Assembly (NCBI RefSeq): GCF_023055435.1
Contig: NW_025963846.1
Coordinates: 28,954,001-29,018,000 of the forward strand
DNA from: Haliotis rufescens
Taxonomy: Eukaryota
Length of the DNA stretch: 64,000 nt
Direction: 5' to 3'
Each line of letters starts with the position of its first letter. Within the stretch, counting starts at the first letter, position 1. Under the pieces are notes generated by a model. The model did not search any database. It saw only the letters and a list, made by a program, of their open reading frames with translations, and had not been told where the DNA came from. Positions 24,446 through 36,244 of this stretch are shown here, in pieces. A program made the position numbers and the translations under genes.

Positions 24446-25278
24446 GAAGGTTGGTTGGTTTGTTGTTTAACGCAGCACTCAGCAATATTACAGCTATATG
24501 ACGGCGGTCTGTAAATAATCGAGTCTGGACCAGACAATCCAGTGATTGACTTCATGAGCATCGATCCAAGTAATTGGGATCAATGACATGCATCAACCAA
24601 GTCAGTGAGCCTGACCACCCGATCCCGTTAGCCGCCTTTTACGACAAACATAGTTGCTTTTTACGGCAAGCATGGGTTATTCAGAAAGAGTATAAATCCC
24701 GCGTCAATGAACCGTGTCTGAGCCCTTACTGGTCCCGGGAACGCCAAGAGGAGTTTTCCTCCTAAATATCACATTTGGCGCTCCGGGCCAACACCTGCTA
24801 TTCAGAATGTTCTTCATAGAAATTGAGTTTCCCCATAGATCAATAAATTATTTATCAGTTGACCTCAAATGGAGCTTCCTGAATTTCAAGCGAACATATT
24901 CAGTGCCGTAGCCAGCCGGGGGCAGGAGGGGCAGTTGCCCCCCTGGATTTTTTAAAGAAAACATTTTTCCTTATGTGAACCTATTACTAATGTGACTAGG
25001 AGCATTATATAAAGAAGGAAAGATTTTATAACCTCTGGTTAATTGCTGTATTCAAAGGAACAAAGGCAGACGTAAAAGATACCATTATTATTTGGGACCG
25101 GTCATTTATTACATGGTGGGGTGAGTCAGAGGGTTTCGTTGCACTACCGTACCGAAAATAATAACCCTCCTTTAATGCTTGTCATGAACAGTTTTGAATG
25201 ACCCTCCCCATGTCCTTGTACATTTTTACAGTACCCCCCCCCCCCTCCAAATATGACCCTCCCCTGATTCCCTCTGAC

Positions 25279-25329
<51 letters not shown>

Positions 25330-27487
25330 ACACACACTGCCTGCCACCACCACCACCCTACACCACCCCTAAAAAATGACTGGTCCCTTGATCTAAACTT
25401 TAAAGAAAGGTAAAAGATGTTTTGTTACACTTGAATGACATGTCAACCTGAATAAAACAGTATTTTTTAAACATAATACCTGAAACATTTTGTTCCTTCA
25501 AATGTCATATCACAAATGCAAGAATATTCTTAAGGATAAATATGATCAAACGATTCAGAGAAAAAGAAAAAGAAAGACTCACAGAAAAAGTCAATATTAC
25601 AGTACGTTTTCACCTTAACACTAAAATGACATTTTGTGCAGATATGTACGCAGCGGATCATGTGGTCAGGCTCGCTGATTTGGTTTATGTATGTCATTGT
25701 GTCCCAATTGCGTGGATCGATGCTCATGATGTCAATCACTGGATTGTCTGGTCCAGACTCGATTAATTACAGACGACGTCATGTAGCTGGAATATTGATG
25801 AGTGCGGCGTAAACAACAAACAAAGTTGCAAAGTGCGGAATAGAAACCTAGCTGAAAACAACGAATTCTTGGCAGCTTCCAATTCGGAACATGCTGTCGT
25901 ACCCTATCAGTAATTATCGGTTTGTGTGTTTGTATTAGACCCTTTTATTGTCTTTATTAAGTGGAAACCAAAAACTATGTTGAATTTAATTGTTAATTGC
26001 TCATTGATCGTGATCGGTCATTTACTGATTTCACAGTTTAGTTCTTTACCTACAGATTATAGCTCGGCCTTGAGTCGGCACACATCTGTATATTTCGTTG
26101 TCAACAGGCTATATTAAGGAGGGGACAGGCCACAGTAACAACGTGTGAAAATACGCATAATGACGGAAAGCGCACGTAAAATCTCAAAATAGTCATGACA
26201 GTCAAAGCAGGTGAGGTGAAATTTGGTTTAACGTCGCGTCCAAGATTATTGCACTTATATAGCGACGTGCATGTACGTGTGTTTGTGTGTGTGGCTGCTT
26301 GTACTAGTCCGGACTGATGCCGATATATAGGGCTAGCCCACTGAGATACCATGCCGCAGTTTAACATGAATACCCCACTCAGACACAGTATACTGACTCC
26401 AATCCGACCAGTACTTGTTTTAGCCCCTTAATGCCGAGCACCAGACAGGGTAACAACAAGTACCATATTTTAACGTCTTTTGGTATGACGCGGCCGTGGA
26501 TCGAGCCCCGGACCTTCCGCTCTCCGGGCGGACGCTCTACCACTAGACCACGGAGGCGGTCGACAGTCATAACAACTGATTCAGGACACCAACCATGGGC
26601 TCAGTTAACCGAAATACACAGAAGTAGGTGCGATAGTCATAACAATTGAATGAGTTAATACAGAACGTCGCGACAAAGCATTTCCATAATCACAAGGAAT
26701 CTCTGCTAAAATCGGAGTCCAGTGTTCTATTCCGCCTATATCGTAATCAAGCACGTGTTGTTAATCACTATAGCGATGCTACTGGACTAACATCTAGTCT
26801 CTGAAATGAACATATCTTACAGTAAAACAACAGTTGTTAAAATATTTCAATAAAAATATAATAAAAATGAACCCAGAGACTCTCTTCATTTCGTAGATAC
26901 CTTATGCTGCAGTAATCTAGACTTGCCAACGTTATAGACTTACATGGGCTGTATTGAATATGTTTGTGTAAGTGAGTTGGATTTAACGCCGCTTTTAACA
27001 GTATTCCAGTTATATCACGGCGTGTCAGCTTAATGTGGGAGGAAAGCCCGAAGTGATGCAGGTCTCAGACGTTTACCACTTCGGTGAAACCCACGAGCAC
27101 GGGTATGGTTCTGACAAACCTAGAAACATAATTAGGGCGAAACGGGATTCGAACCCACAATCATAAGTTTCTGGTGTGCCCAAGGGACGCAACTCTGCAG
27201 AGCGAATCGCTGGGCCTTAGACGACTGGGCCACCCGTGCCCCCTTATTTGTATTAGGGTATGTATGACAGACTATGATTCTACCAGGTATTCTTGATAAG
27301 GTGAGCGTATCCTGTACTATCGGTCATCACAAACACACGCAAGGGCAAATCAAACGTTCACATGTAAACCATAAAACTTCCCTATTAAGGCCTTTTATGT
27401 TGTAACCCTGATCAAACAACTTTTGGCCAAGAGTCTTACGACGCTGTTTAAAATCTACATAGAAAGGGCATGCTCTGACCACAAATG

Positions 27488-28653
27488 CTGTAGCTGCTGG
27501 AATATCGCTCCGGGTACGTGTTATCATGCTGTAGCTGCTGGAATATTGCTCCGGGTACGTGTTATTATGCTGTGACTGCTGGAATATTGCTCCGGATACG
27601 TGTTATCATGCTGTAGCTGCTGGAATATCGCTCCGGGTACGTGTTATCATGCTGTAGCTGCTGAAATATCGCTCCGGGTACGTGTTATCATGCTGTAGCT
27701 GCTGGAATATTGCTCGGGGTACGTGTTATCATTCTGTAGCTGCTGGAATATCGCTCCGGGAACGTGTTATCATGCTGTAGCTGCTGGAATATCGCTCCGG
27801 GTACGTGTTATCATACTGTAGCTGCTGCAATATTGCTCCGGGTACGTGTTATCATGCTGTAGCTGCTGTAATATCGCTCCGGGAACGTGTTATCATGCTG
27901 TAGCTGCTGGAATATCGCTCCGGGTACGTGTTATCATGCTGTAGCTGCTGCAATATTGCTCCGGATACGTGTTATCATTCTGTAGCTGCTGGAATATCGT
28001 TCCGGGTACCTGTTATCATGCTGTAGCTGCTGGAATATTGCTCCGGGTACGTGTTATCATGCTGTAGCTGCTGGAATATTGCTCCGGATACTTGTTATCA
28101 TTCTGTAGCTGCTGGAATATCGCTCCGGGTACGTGTTATCATGCTGTAGCTGCTGGAATATTGCTCCGGTCACGTGTTATCATGCTGTATCTGCTTGAAT
28201 ATTAATCCGGATACTTGTTATCATGCTGTAGCTGCTGGAATATCGCTCCGGGTACGTGTTATCATGCTGTAGCTGCTGCAATATTGCTCCGGGTACGTGT
28301 TATCATGCTGTAGCTGCTAGAATATCGCTCCGGGTACGTGTTATCATGCTGTAGCTGCTGGAATATCGCTCCGGGGACGTGTTTTCATGCTGTAACTGCT
28401 GGAATGTTACTCCGGGTACGTGTTATCATGCTGTAGCTGCTGGAATATCGCTCAGGATACGTGTTATCATGCTGTAGCTGCTGCAATATTGCTCCGGGTA
28501 CGTGTTATCATGCTGTAGCTGCTGGAATATCGCTCCGGGTACGTGTTATCATGCTGTAGCTGCTGTAATATCGCTCCGGGTACGTGTTATCATGCTGTAG
28601 CTGCTGGAATATCGCTCCGGGTACGTGTTATCATGCTGTAGCTGCTGGAATAT
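27488..28653. repeat. 41-bp minisatellite, ~28 copies
   Basis: Same unit as 17142-18281. Confidence 0.95.
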
Positions 28654-29983
28654 TGATCCTGTTCAGCGAGATCGCCCGGCGCACACTGCATGCGACACAC
28701 TCTTATAGTACATGTGGTATACTGGAGTGGGTGAGTGAGTTGGGTTTAACGCCGCTTTCAACAGTATTCCAGTTATATCACGGCATGTCAGCTTTATGTG
28801 GGAGGAAAGCCCGAAGTGATGCAGGTCTCTGACGTTTACCACTTTGGTGAAATCCAAGAGCACGGGTATGGTGCTGACAAACCTAGAAACATAATCAGGG
28901 ATTCGAACCCACAATCATAGGTTTCTGGCATGCCCAAGGGACTCAACTCTGCACAGCGAATCGCGGCGCCTTGGACGACTGGGCCACCCGTGCCCCCGGT
29001 ATACTAGATATTGCACTTGATAAACGGTATACTGCATGTAATATACGTATAATATATAATAAGGGTTGTGAATGATGTACAGTGGACAATAGATATGAGT
29101 GCATACAAAAATGAATTGTTTGCAAACATTGTCTAATTGCTGAGCAATAATTATTATAGATAGACATGGATTTTGAATTGAATTTGCTGTGGACCACTTT
29201 TTTATTTAATAATGTACAATACGACTAACTAAATACATTGACATACATACATCCATGATACAGAATCAAGCAAATATACATACGAATGCTTATGCTGGTT
29301 GATAAGAATTGGGCATCAGCAATGAAAACATTGCTTGATACGAGGGCTGGTCAAAAAGCTCTAAGCCTGACTAACTTTCATCTATGGGCCATTACAACAA
29401 TCAATGTACAGTGAACTACGGTTATAACGAACACGCTTATAACGAACTAACGGATATAACGAACTAACTTTTTAGTCCCAACTATTTGCTGTAGCTATAC
29501 TGTATATATGCTTATAACGAATTACGGTTATAACGAACTAAAATTAGTAGTCCCTTTGAGTTCGTTATAACCGTAGTTTACTGTAGTACATTGTTTGAGT
29601 AGTTCATTGCCCGTGTATTTGATCTGTTGAGGCCGTTTGCATATTTGTGATGGCCAGTTGAACATAATTAAAGTTTAGTGCGTCAACATTTTCCTCAGTT
29701 TGATGCTATTCAAATGGTGATGGCAGTATCGTGAAATGTACAGAAGCTAACATATTCGTGTGTATTTATTCAAGTAAGATATGAGTAAGGACCTGGTTCT
29801 ATGCCACAATAGTTTGTAATGTTGTTGTTTGTTATATATGATTGTTTTTATGACAACAGTGTGTGACATTGTGAAGCATGCTTAAGTGCGTGTATGTCCT
29901 ATTTCACTGAAACCCAGTAATGCGGTTCAATACCACTGGAGATAGAACTGGGTCGATCCCAACGCCCACCGACTACTGGAACG

Positions 29984-30090
29984 TGGGGTTGGGGTGGGGT
30001 GGGGTGGGGTGGGGTTGGGATGGTGCGGTGTGGGGTTGGGTGGGGTGGGGTGGGGTTGTGGTGGGGCGGGGATGGGGCGGGGTGGTGTGG
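29984..30090. repeat. (GGGGT)n-like G-rich tract (also about 37611-37735, 45380-45504, 53174-53298)
   Basis: Seen directly. Has G-quadruplex-forming potential. Confidence 0.85.
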
Positions 30091-31110
30091 AGTACAATGG
30101 TTATGAATGGGGCAACGGCGATCGGAGGGAGTAGAGATGACAGGCTGGACGGGAGTAGATGGGATATGGGAAACATTGGGAGGAGGGGGGGGGGGGGTTG
30201 TGTGTCTTATTTGCACGTTTGGGTGTTTTCGGCGGATCCTCAAAGGAAAACAAGATTTACTGGTGGGTGCACCATCATCGGAGCTTGTAGTTTTAAACGA
30301 GGAAAGAGACATTGTAACTTACAGACTTAACAAGAATGACAAAGTTGTATTCACACTTACCCAGAGGAAATATAAAACTGTAAACACAAAACACTAAAAG
30401 TCACCAAGTCACTGACCATGGCATTGAGAGTTCAGTTGGAATGTTTTGGCCTTTGATGAAGTCCTTGGTTTTCTTTTAGTTACTGCGCGGACACGGGATT
30501 CGCATGTAGGGGTCGTTGTTCATGCGTTTCTTGCAGCTGTGGAGGGTGGAGTCCAAGGGTACTAGTGGTTGGTCTTCACATCAGTTTGCCGTAAACCACA
30601 CATCACAGTTATAATATGTGACAGAATCCTCTTCACCAAGCTACAAAGTGTCTGATTTGTGGTTTACGTGGCACAATTGACAGACAGTGTGGTCAACTGA
30701 TCTCCCATTCACGATGTTGGTGGCTGCCTTCGTCAAGCTGACTTGTGCTGTAGACTCAGGATGGAAGGATATCGTCCACAGCTGGCTCCCTACATACTAT
30801 ATACACAGTGTCACTTCATATTGGAGTGTCCCAGTGATGCCTCATCCATAGAAATAGATTGGCACAATGATCCAGTGAAGTTTGAGAATTATATCCCTCT
30901 ATCAAGTCGTGATTGTTGTGGTGAAAATGTTACACCAGACTTCCAACAAGGATGTTCCAATAAATTTATGACAATACTCGTTTAAAGTAATCTCCTGCAT
31001 GAAAATGATTTGCGCAACTATAGATACTGTAGGAGACAATGTAGACTTCTTCAGAATTCAAGTCATTTCCTCGGTGATCTGTTTGAGTAAATGCAAGACA
31101 GGCCCCCTTT

Positions 31111-32124
31111 TCACTGGCGACGCAGGAACACACCAATACCAACACCAATTCCAATCGCACAGATTGCAAGGTAGCCATAAGCCAGTTTCATCAAAACAGG
31201 ATCCGAGTAAACTGTTTTCAGCATTTCACAAACTTGTTCTGCAGTTGGGCGTTTGGACATGTCTCTCCGTAAGGCTGCCTTGATCACGTCTCCCAGTCCC
31301 TGGTCAGCGACATGACGGAGTTTCATTTCCCCTCTTACCTCGGCCAGACGGCGTCCATTGTAGTAGGCAACTAGTTTGTCGTCGTCGAATTCAGAACGCA
31401 ATAAAGCAAAGGCGATAGCGCCAAGAGAGAAAATATCACTTTTATCTGTCAGAGCCGCTTCAGGGGGTGAAAAACAAGTGTCTCCTGTCCCATCGTTCTC
31501 GTCATGTTCCCCATCTTCCCCGTCATGTACGCCAAAATGTCCCTCGTCATGTACGCCAAAATGTCCCCCGTCATGTACGCCAAAATGTCCCCCGTCATGT
31601 ACACTAAACTGTCCCCCGTCATGATCCCCGCCATGTCTCCTGTCACGTTCCAGGCCACGTCTCCCGTCATATTCCGACAACGAGCGAGCCGATCCAAATC
31701 CTGCTATTTTATAAACCGCTCGATTGTACCATGTCACAAGGATGTTTTCTGGCTGCAGGTTACGGTGTTCTATACGCAAGTTATGAAGAAACTCCAATCC
31801 ACTGCCAATGTCGGTTACGACAGAACGACAGTCGGCCTCGTCTAGAGGATTCTTCGAGTTTGAACGTTTACTCACATACTGGTCCAGGCTGCCTTCCTCG
31901 CAATATTCAAAGGTCAGTGTGAAGCCATCTGCAGTAAAACTATCACCAGTCATCTTGACAATGTTCTTGGCCCCTTCAGATTCTGCACATTGTCGGAGTA
32001 TGTTCTTTTCGGCGGCTGCTTGACGTTGTGAGCAGACAAGTACTTTCTCAACAACCATTTTGTTACCTTTCTTTTCCTTGCGCACTCTTGAGAACCGACC
32101 AGGAACAAGTTCTATTCCCGCCAT
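31111..32124 (-). CDS. Type B tail-anchored pseudokinase (K2), 337 aa
   Basis: LVPGRFSRV, VVEK, AEKNIL, HRNLQPENIL, KIAGFG, VHDGGHFG-like repeats (8 aa longer than the other B copies), SPPE, KSDIFSLG, RPTAE. Tail LAYGYLAICAIGIGVGIGVFL followed by RRQ. Confidence 0.92.
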   Translation of the reverse strand: MAGIELVPGRFSRVRKEKKGNKMVVEKVLVCSQRQAAAEKNILRQCAESEGAKNIVKMTGDSFTADGFTLTFEYCEEGSLDQYVSKRSNSKNPLDEADCRSVVTDIGSGLEFLHNLRIEHRNLQPENILVTWYNRAVYKIAGFGSARSLSEYDGRRGLERDRRHGGDHDGGQFSVHDGGHFGVHDGGHFGVHDEGHFGVHDGEDGEHDENDGTGDTCFSPPEAALTDKSDIFSLGAIAFALLRSEFDDDKLVAYYNGRRLAEVRGEMKLRHVADQGLGDVIKAALRRDMSKRPTAEQVCEMLKTVYSDPVLMKLAYGYLAICAIGIGVGIGVFLRRQ

Positions 32125-33023
32125 TCTTCGTATTCGTGGAATACAACTCCTCTGAACAGTCTCAAGGAAATGCGACGTAGTAGTTAGATTCGGTGACGTG
32201 AAGTTATATTTAGACTGAACACCTGACCGAGAGTCAGTAGGTCAGGTCGTGGTTCAGATAACCCCTGTTGTTATCTAAGGCCATCAGGACGACCATCCTT
32301 CGTCACTACTCGCCTCTTTCCGTAGCTTCTCCCGGAATGAACCACGACATGTGGTATTCAGCAGAACCATGTAAACAGTTTATCAAGGACAATGATCGAA
32401 AAATACTGATTACCTCGTAATTTGATGAGGATTTACTGTACAGTCAATTACTTAGCGTGGGATCCAAAGCGAGAAGGGCCAGAGTCACCTGTGTATAAGG
32501 TCATGTCACAGTAAAGGTCAATATTACAGAATGTTTGCAATGCAGGGTTGTTATTTGAATACTTAACACTTATGAGCGACGAGTGTTGACAATCTTATGA
32601 TACGAGGAGTTGGTCATGGTCTTGGCCTTTGATGGAGTCCTTGGCTTTATTTTTGGTCCTTTGCTTATTTTGGTTTTCGCACGGACACGGGATTTGCATG
32701 TAGGGGTCGTTGTTCATCCGTTGCTTGTGGCTGTGGAAGGTGGAGTCCAAGGGCACTTGTTTTTGGTCTTCACATCGATTTGCCGTAAACCACACATCAC
32801 AGTTATAATATGTGACAGAATCCTTTTCACAAAGCTACAAAGTGGCCGAATTGTGGTATCCGTGGCACCATTGACAGACAGTGTGGTCAACTAAATCTCC
32901 CATTCACAATGTTAGTGGTTGGTTGTATTGTGGACTCCACAGCTGGCTCTCTACATATCCACACAGTTTCACTTCATATTGATCCATAGAAATATATTGG
33001 GATAATGATCTCGTTAATTTTTT

Positions 33024-33890
33024 CTAAATTATATCCCATTGTTTCAGTGTTATTTCTGAAATATATGCAGACACAACTACAACGCCGCCAAAAATCAGAA
33101 TATTCCACCACGTGTAACCTGTATTCAGCATTGAACAAACTTGTTCTGCTGTTGGGCGTCCAGCTATATCTCCTTTTAAGGCTTCATTGATGATGTCTCG
33201 CAGTCTCTGGTCAGTGATGTGACGGAGGTCTATTTCCCCTGCCATCTTGGCCAGATGACGTCCACCATAGTAGGCAACTAGTTTGTCGTTGACAAATTGC
33301 GGACTCCATAAAGCATAGGTGACAGCTCCAAGGGAGAAAATATCACTTTTCTTGTCCAGAGCCCCTTCAGGGGGCAAAAAACAAGAGTCTTCAGTCGCAT
33401 CTAACCCACCATGTTCCTCAACTCTCCTGTTATTTCTCCTGGCCTTGCGACGAGCTGCCGATCCAAATCCTCCTATTTTATAAACAGGTTTACTGTATGA
33501 CGTCACAAGGATGTTTTCTGGCAGTAGGTTGCCGTGTATGATATCAATGTGGTGAAGAAACTGCAAACCACTGGCAATGTCGGTCATGAAAGAACGACAG
33601 TCCGCTGCATTCGGAGGTTTCTTCATGAATAAACGTTTACTCACATATTGGTTCAGGTTGCCTTCCTCGCAATATTCCAAGATCATTGTGACGCCTTTTG
33701 CAGGAAAAGCGTCATAAATCTTGACAATGTTTTTGGCCCCTTCAGATTCTGCGCATTGTCGGAGTATATTCTTTTCGGCGTCTGCAATCGGCTGTGGACA
33801 CGAAAATGCTTTCACAAGCACCGTTTTGTTACCTATGTTAAAGTTCCTCAATGTTGAGAACCGACCTTGAACCAGCTCTGTTTCCTTCAT
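33024..33890 (-). CDS. Type C pseudokinase with C-terminal hydrophobic segment (K3), 288 aa
   Basis: LVQGRFSTL, VLVK, AEKNIL, HGNLLPENIL, KIGGFG, basic insert RRKARRNNRR, LPPE, KSDIFSLG, RPTAE. Tail WWNILIFGGVVVVSAYI. Confidence 0.92.
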   Translation of the reverse strand: MKETELVQGRFSTLRNFNIGNKTVLVKAFSCPQPIADAEKNILRQCAESEGAKNIVKIYDAFPAKGVTMILEYCEEGNLNQYVSKRLFMKKPPNAADCRSFMTDIASGLQFLHHIDIIHGNLLPENILVTSYSKPVYKIGGFGSAARRKARRNNRRVEEHGGLDATEDSCFLPPEGALDKKSDIFSLGAVTYALWSPQFVNDKLVAYYGGRHLAKMAGEIDLRHITDQRLRDIINEALKGDIAGRPTAEQVCSMLNTGYTWWNILIFGGVVVVSAYISEITLKQWDII

Positions 33891-34520
33891 TTTTCGTATG
33901 CCTGGAATATGACTCCTCTGAATAATCTCAAGGAAATGCGACGAAGTACAGTTAGATTCAATGGCGCGTAGTTATATTTAGACTGAACACCTGACTGTGA
34001 GTCAGCCAGTCAGGTCGTGGTTCAGATAACCCCTGTTGTTACCTAAGCCCGTCAGGACTACCATCGTTCGTCACTACTCGCCTCTCTCCGTAGCTTGTCC
34101 CGGAATAACACGAGTTGGCCACGAATGAATCACTTGATATATTTAGTAACACAATGTTAATATTATCTCCATTATAGCCCAAGGCCATAGCCTGAAGAGC
34201 TCACACCAAAAAATCGATATTACAGTACGTTTTCACCTTATCACTAAAATGCCATTTGGTGCAGATATGTACTCAGCGGGTCATGTGGTCAGGCTCGCTG
34301 ATTTGGTTAATTCATGTCATCGTGTCCCAATTGCGTGGATCGATGCTCATGACATCAATCACTGGATTGTCTGGTCCAGACTCGATTAATTACAGACGGC
34401 GTCATGTACCTGGAATGTTGATGAGTGCGGCGTAAACAACAAAGTTGCAAAGTACAGAATGGAGACCTAGTTGAGGTGAGGTGAGGTGAAATTGGGTTTA
34501 AACGTCGCGTCCAAGATTAC

Positions 34521-34560
<40 letters not shown>

Positions 34561-35771
34561 TCTGCTGCTTGTACTAGTCCGGACTGATGCCGATTTATAG
34601 TGCTAGCCCATTGAGATACCATGCCACAGTTTAACATGAATACCCCACTCAGACACAGTATACTGACTCCGAGCCGACTAGTCCTTGTTTTATCCCCTTA
34701 ATGCCGAGCACCAGACAGGGTAACAACAAGTACTATATTTTAACGTCTTTTGGTATGACGCGGCCGGGGATCGAGCCCCGGACCTTCCGCTCTCCGGGCG
34801 GACGCTCTACCACTAGACCACGGAGGCGGTCGACAGTCATAACAACTGATTCAGGACACCAACCATGGGCTCAGTTAACCGAAATACACAGAAGTAGGTG
34901 CGATAGTCATAACAATTGAATGAGTTAATACAGAACGTCGCGACAAAGCATTTCCATAATCACAAGGAATCTCTGCTAAAATCGGAGTCCAGTGTTCTAT
35001 TCCGCCTATATCGTAATCAAGCACGTGTTGTTAATCACTATAGCGATGCTACTGGACTAACATCTAGTCTCTGAAGTGAACGTATCTCACAGAAAAACAA
35101 CAGTTGTTAAATTATCTTAATAAAAATATAATAAAAATGAACCCAGAGACTCTCTTCATTTCGTAGATACCTTATGCTGCAGTAATCTAGACTTGCCAAC
35201 GTTATAGACTTACATGGGCTGTATTGAATATATTTGTATTAGTGAGTAAAGGAGTTGGATTTAACGCCGCTTTTAACAGTATTCCAGTTATATCGCGGCG
35301 TGTCAGCTTAATGTGGGAGGAAAGCCCGAAGTGATGCACGCCTCAGACGTTTACCACTTCGGTGAAACCCACGAGCACGGGTATGGTTCTGACAAACCTA
35401 GAAACATAATTAGGGCGAACCGGGATTCGAACCCACAATCATAGGTTTCTGGTGTGCCCAAGGGACGCAACTCTGCAGAGCGAATCGCTGGGCCTTAGAC
35501 GACTGGGCCACCCGTGCCCCCTTATTTGTATTAGGGTATGTATGACAGACTATGATGCTACCAGGTATTCTTGATAAGGTGAGCCTATCCTGTCCTATCG
35601 GTGGCAACCCGTCACAAACACACGCAAGGGCAAATCAAACGTTCACATGTAAACCATAAAACTTCCCTATTAAGGCCTTCTATGTTGTAACCCTGATCAA
35701 ACAATTTTTGGCCAAGAGTCTTACGACGCTGTTTGAAATCTACATAGAAAGGGCATGCTCGGACCACAAAT

Positions 35772-36244
35772 GCTGTAGCTGCTGGAATATCGCTCCGGGT
35801 ACGTGTTATCATGCTGTAGCTGCTGGAATATCGCTCCGGGTACGTGTTATCATGCTGTGGCTGCTGGAATATTGCTCCGGGTACGTGTTATCATGCTGTA
35901 GCTGCTGGAATATCGCTCCGGGTACGTGTTATCATGCTGTAGCTGCTGGAATATCGCTCCGGGTACGTGTTATCATGCTGTAGCTGCTGGAATATTGCTC
36001 CGGGTACGTGTTATCATTCTGTAGCTGCTGGAATATCGCTCCGGGTACGTGTTATCATGCTGTAGCTGATGGAATATCGCTCCGGGTAAGTGTTATCATG
36101 CTGTAGCTGCTGGAATATTGCTCCGGGTACGTGTTATCATGCTGTAGCTGCTGGAATATCGCTCCGGGTACGTGTTATCATGCTATAGCTGCTGGAATAT
36201 CGCTCCGGGTACGTGTTATCATGCTGTAGCTGCTGGAATATTGC
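35772..36244. repeat. 41-bp minisatellite, ~11.5 copies (also 43540-44012 and 51334-51806)
   Basis: Same unit as 17142-18281. Confidence 0.95.

Noticed and set aside
30990-31110. PAN/apple-domain call for TDHRGNDL in the fossil domain
   Set aside because: Only a short resemblance to D.xGNDL, and the cysteine spacing does not clearly fit. It needs a profile search.
31111-32124. Naming the genes MLKL, CASK or JAK
   Set aside because: Only the degenerate catalytic motifs are shared. The four-helix bundle, MAGUK and FERM/SH2 domains are absent, so no symbol was assigned.
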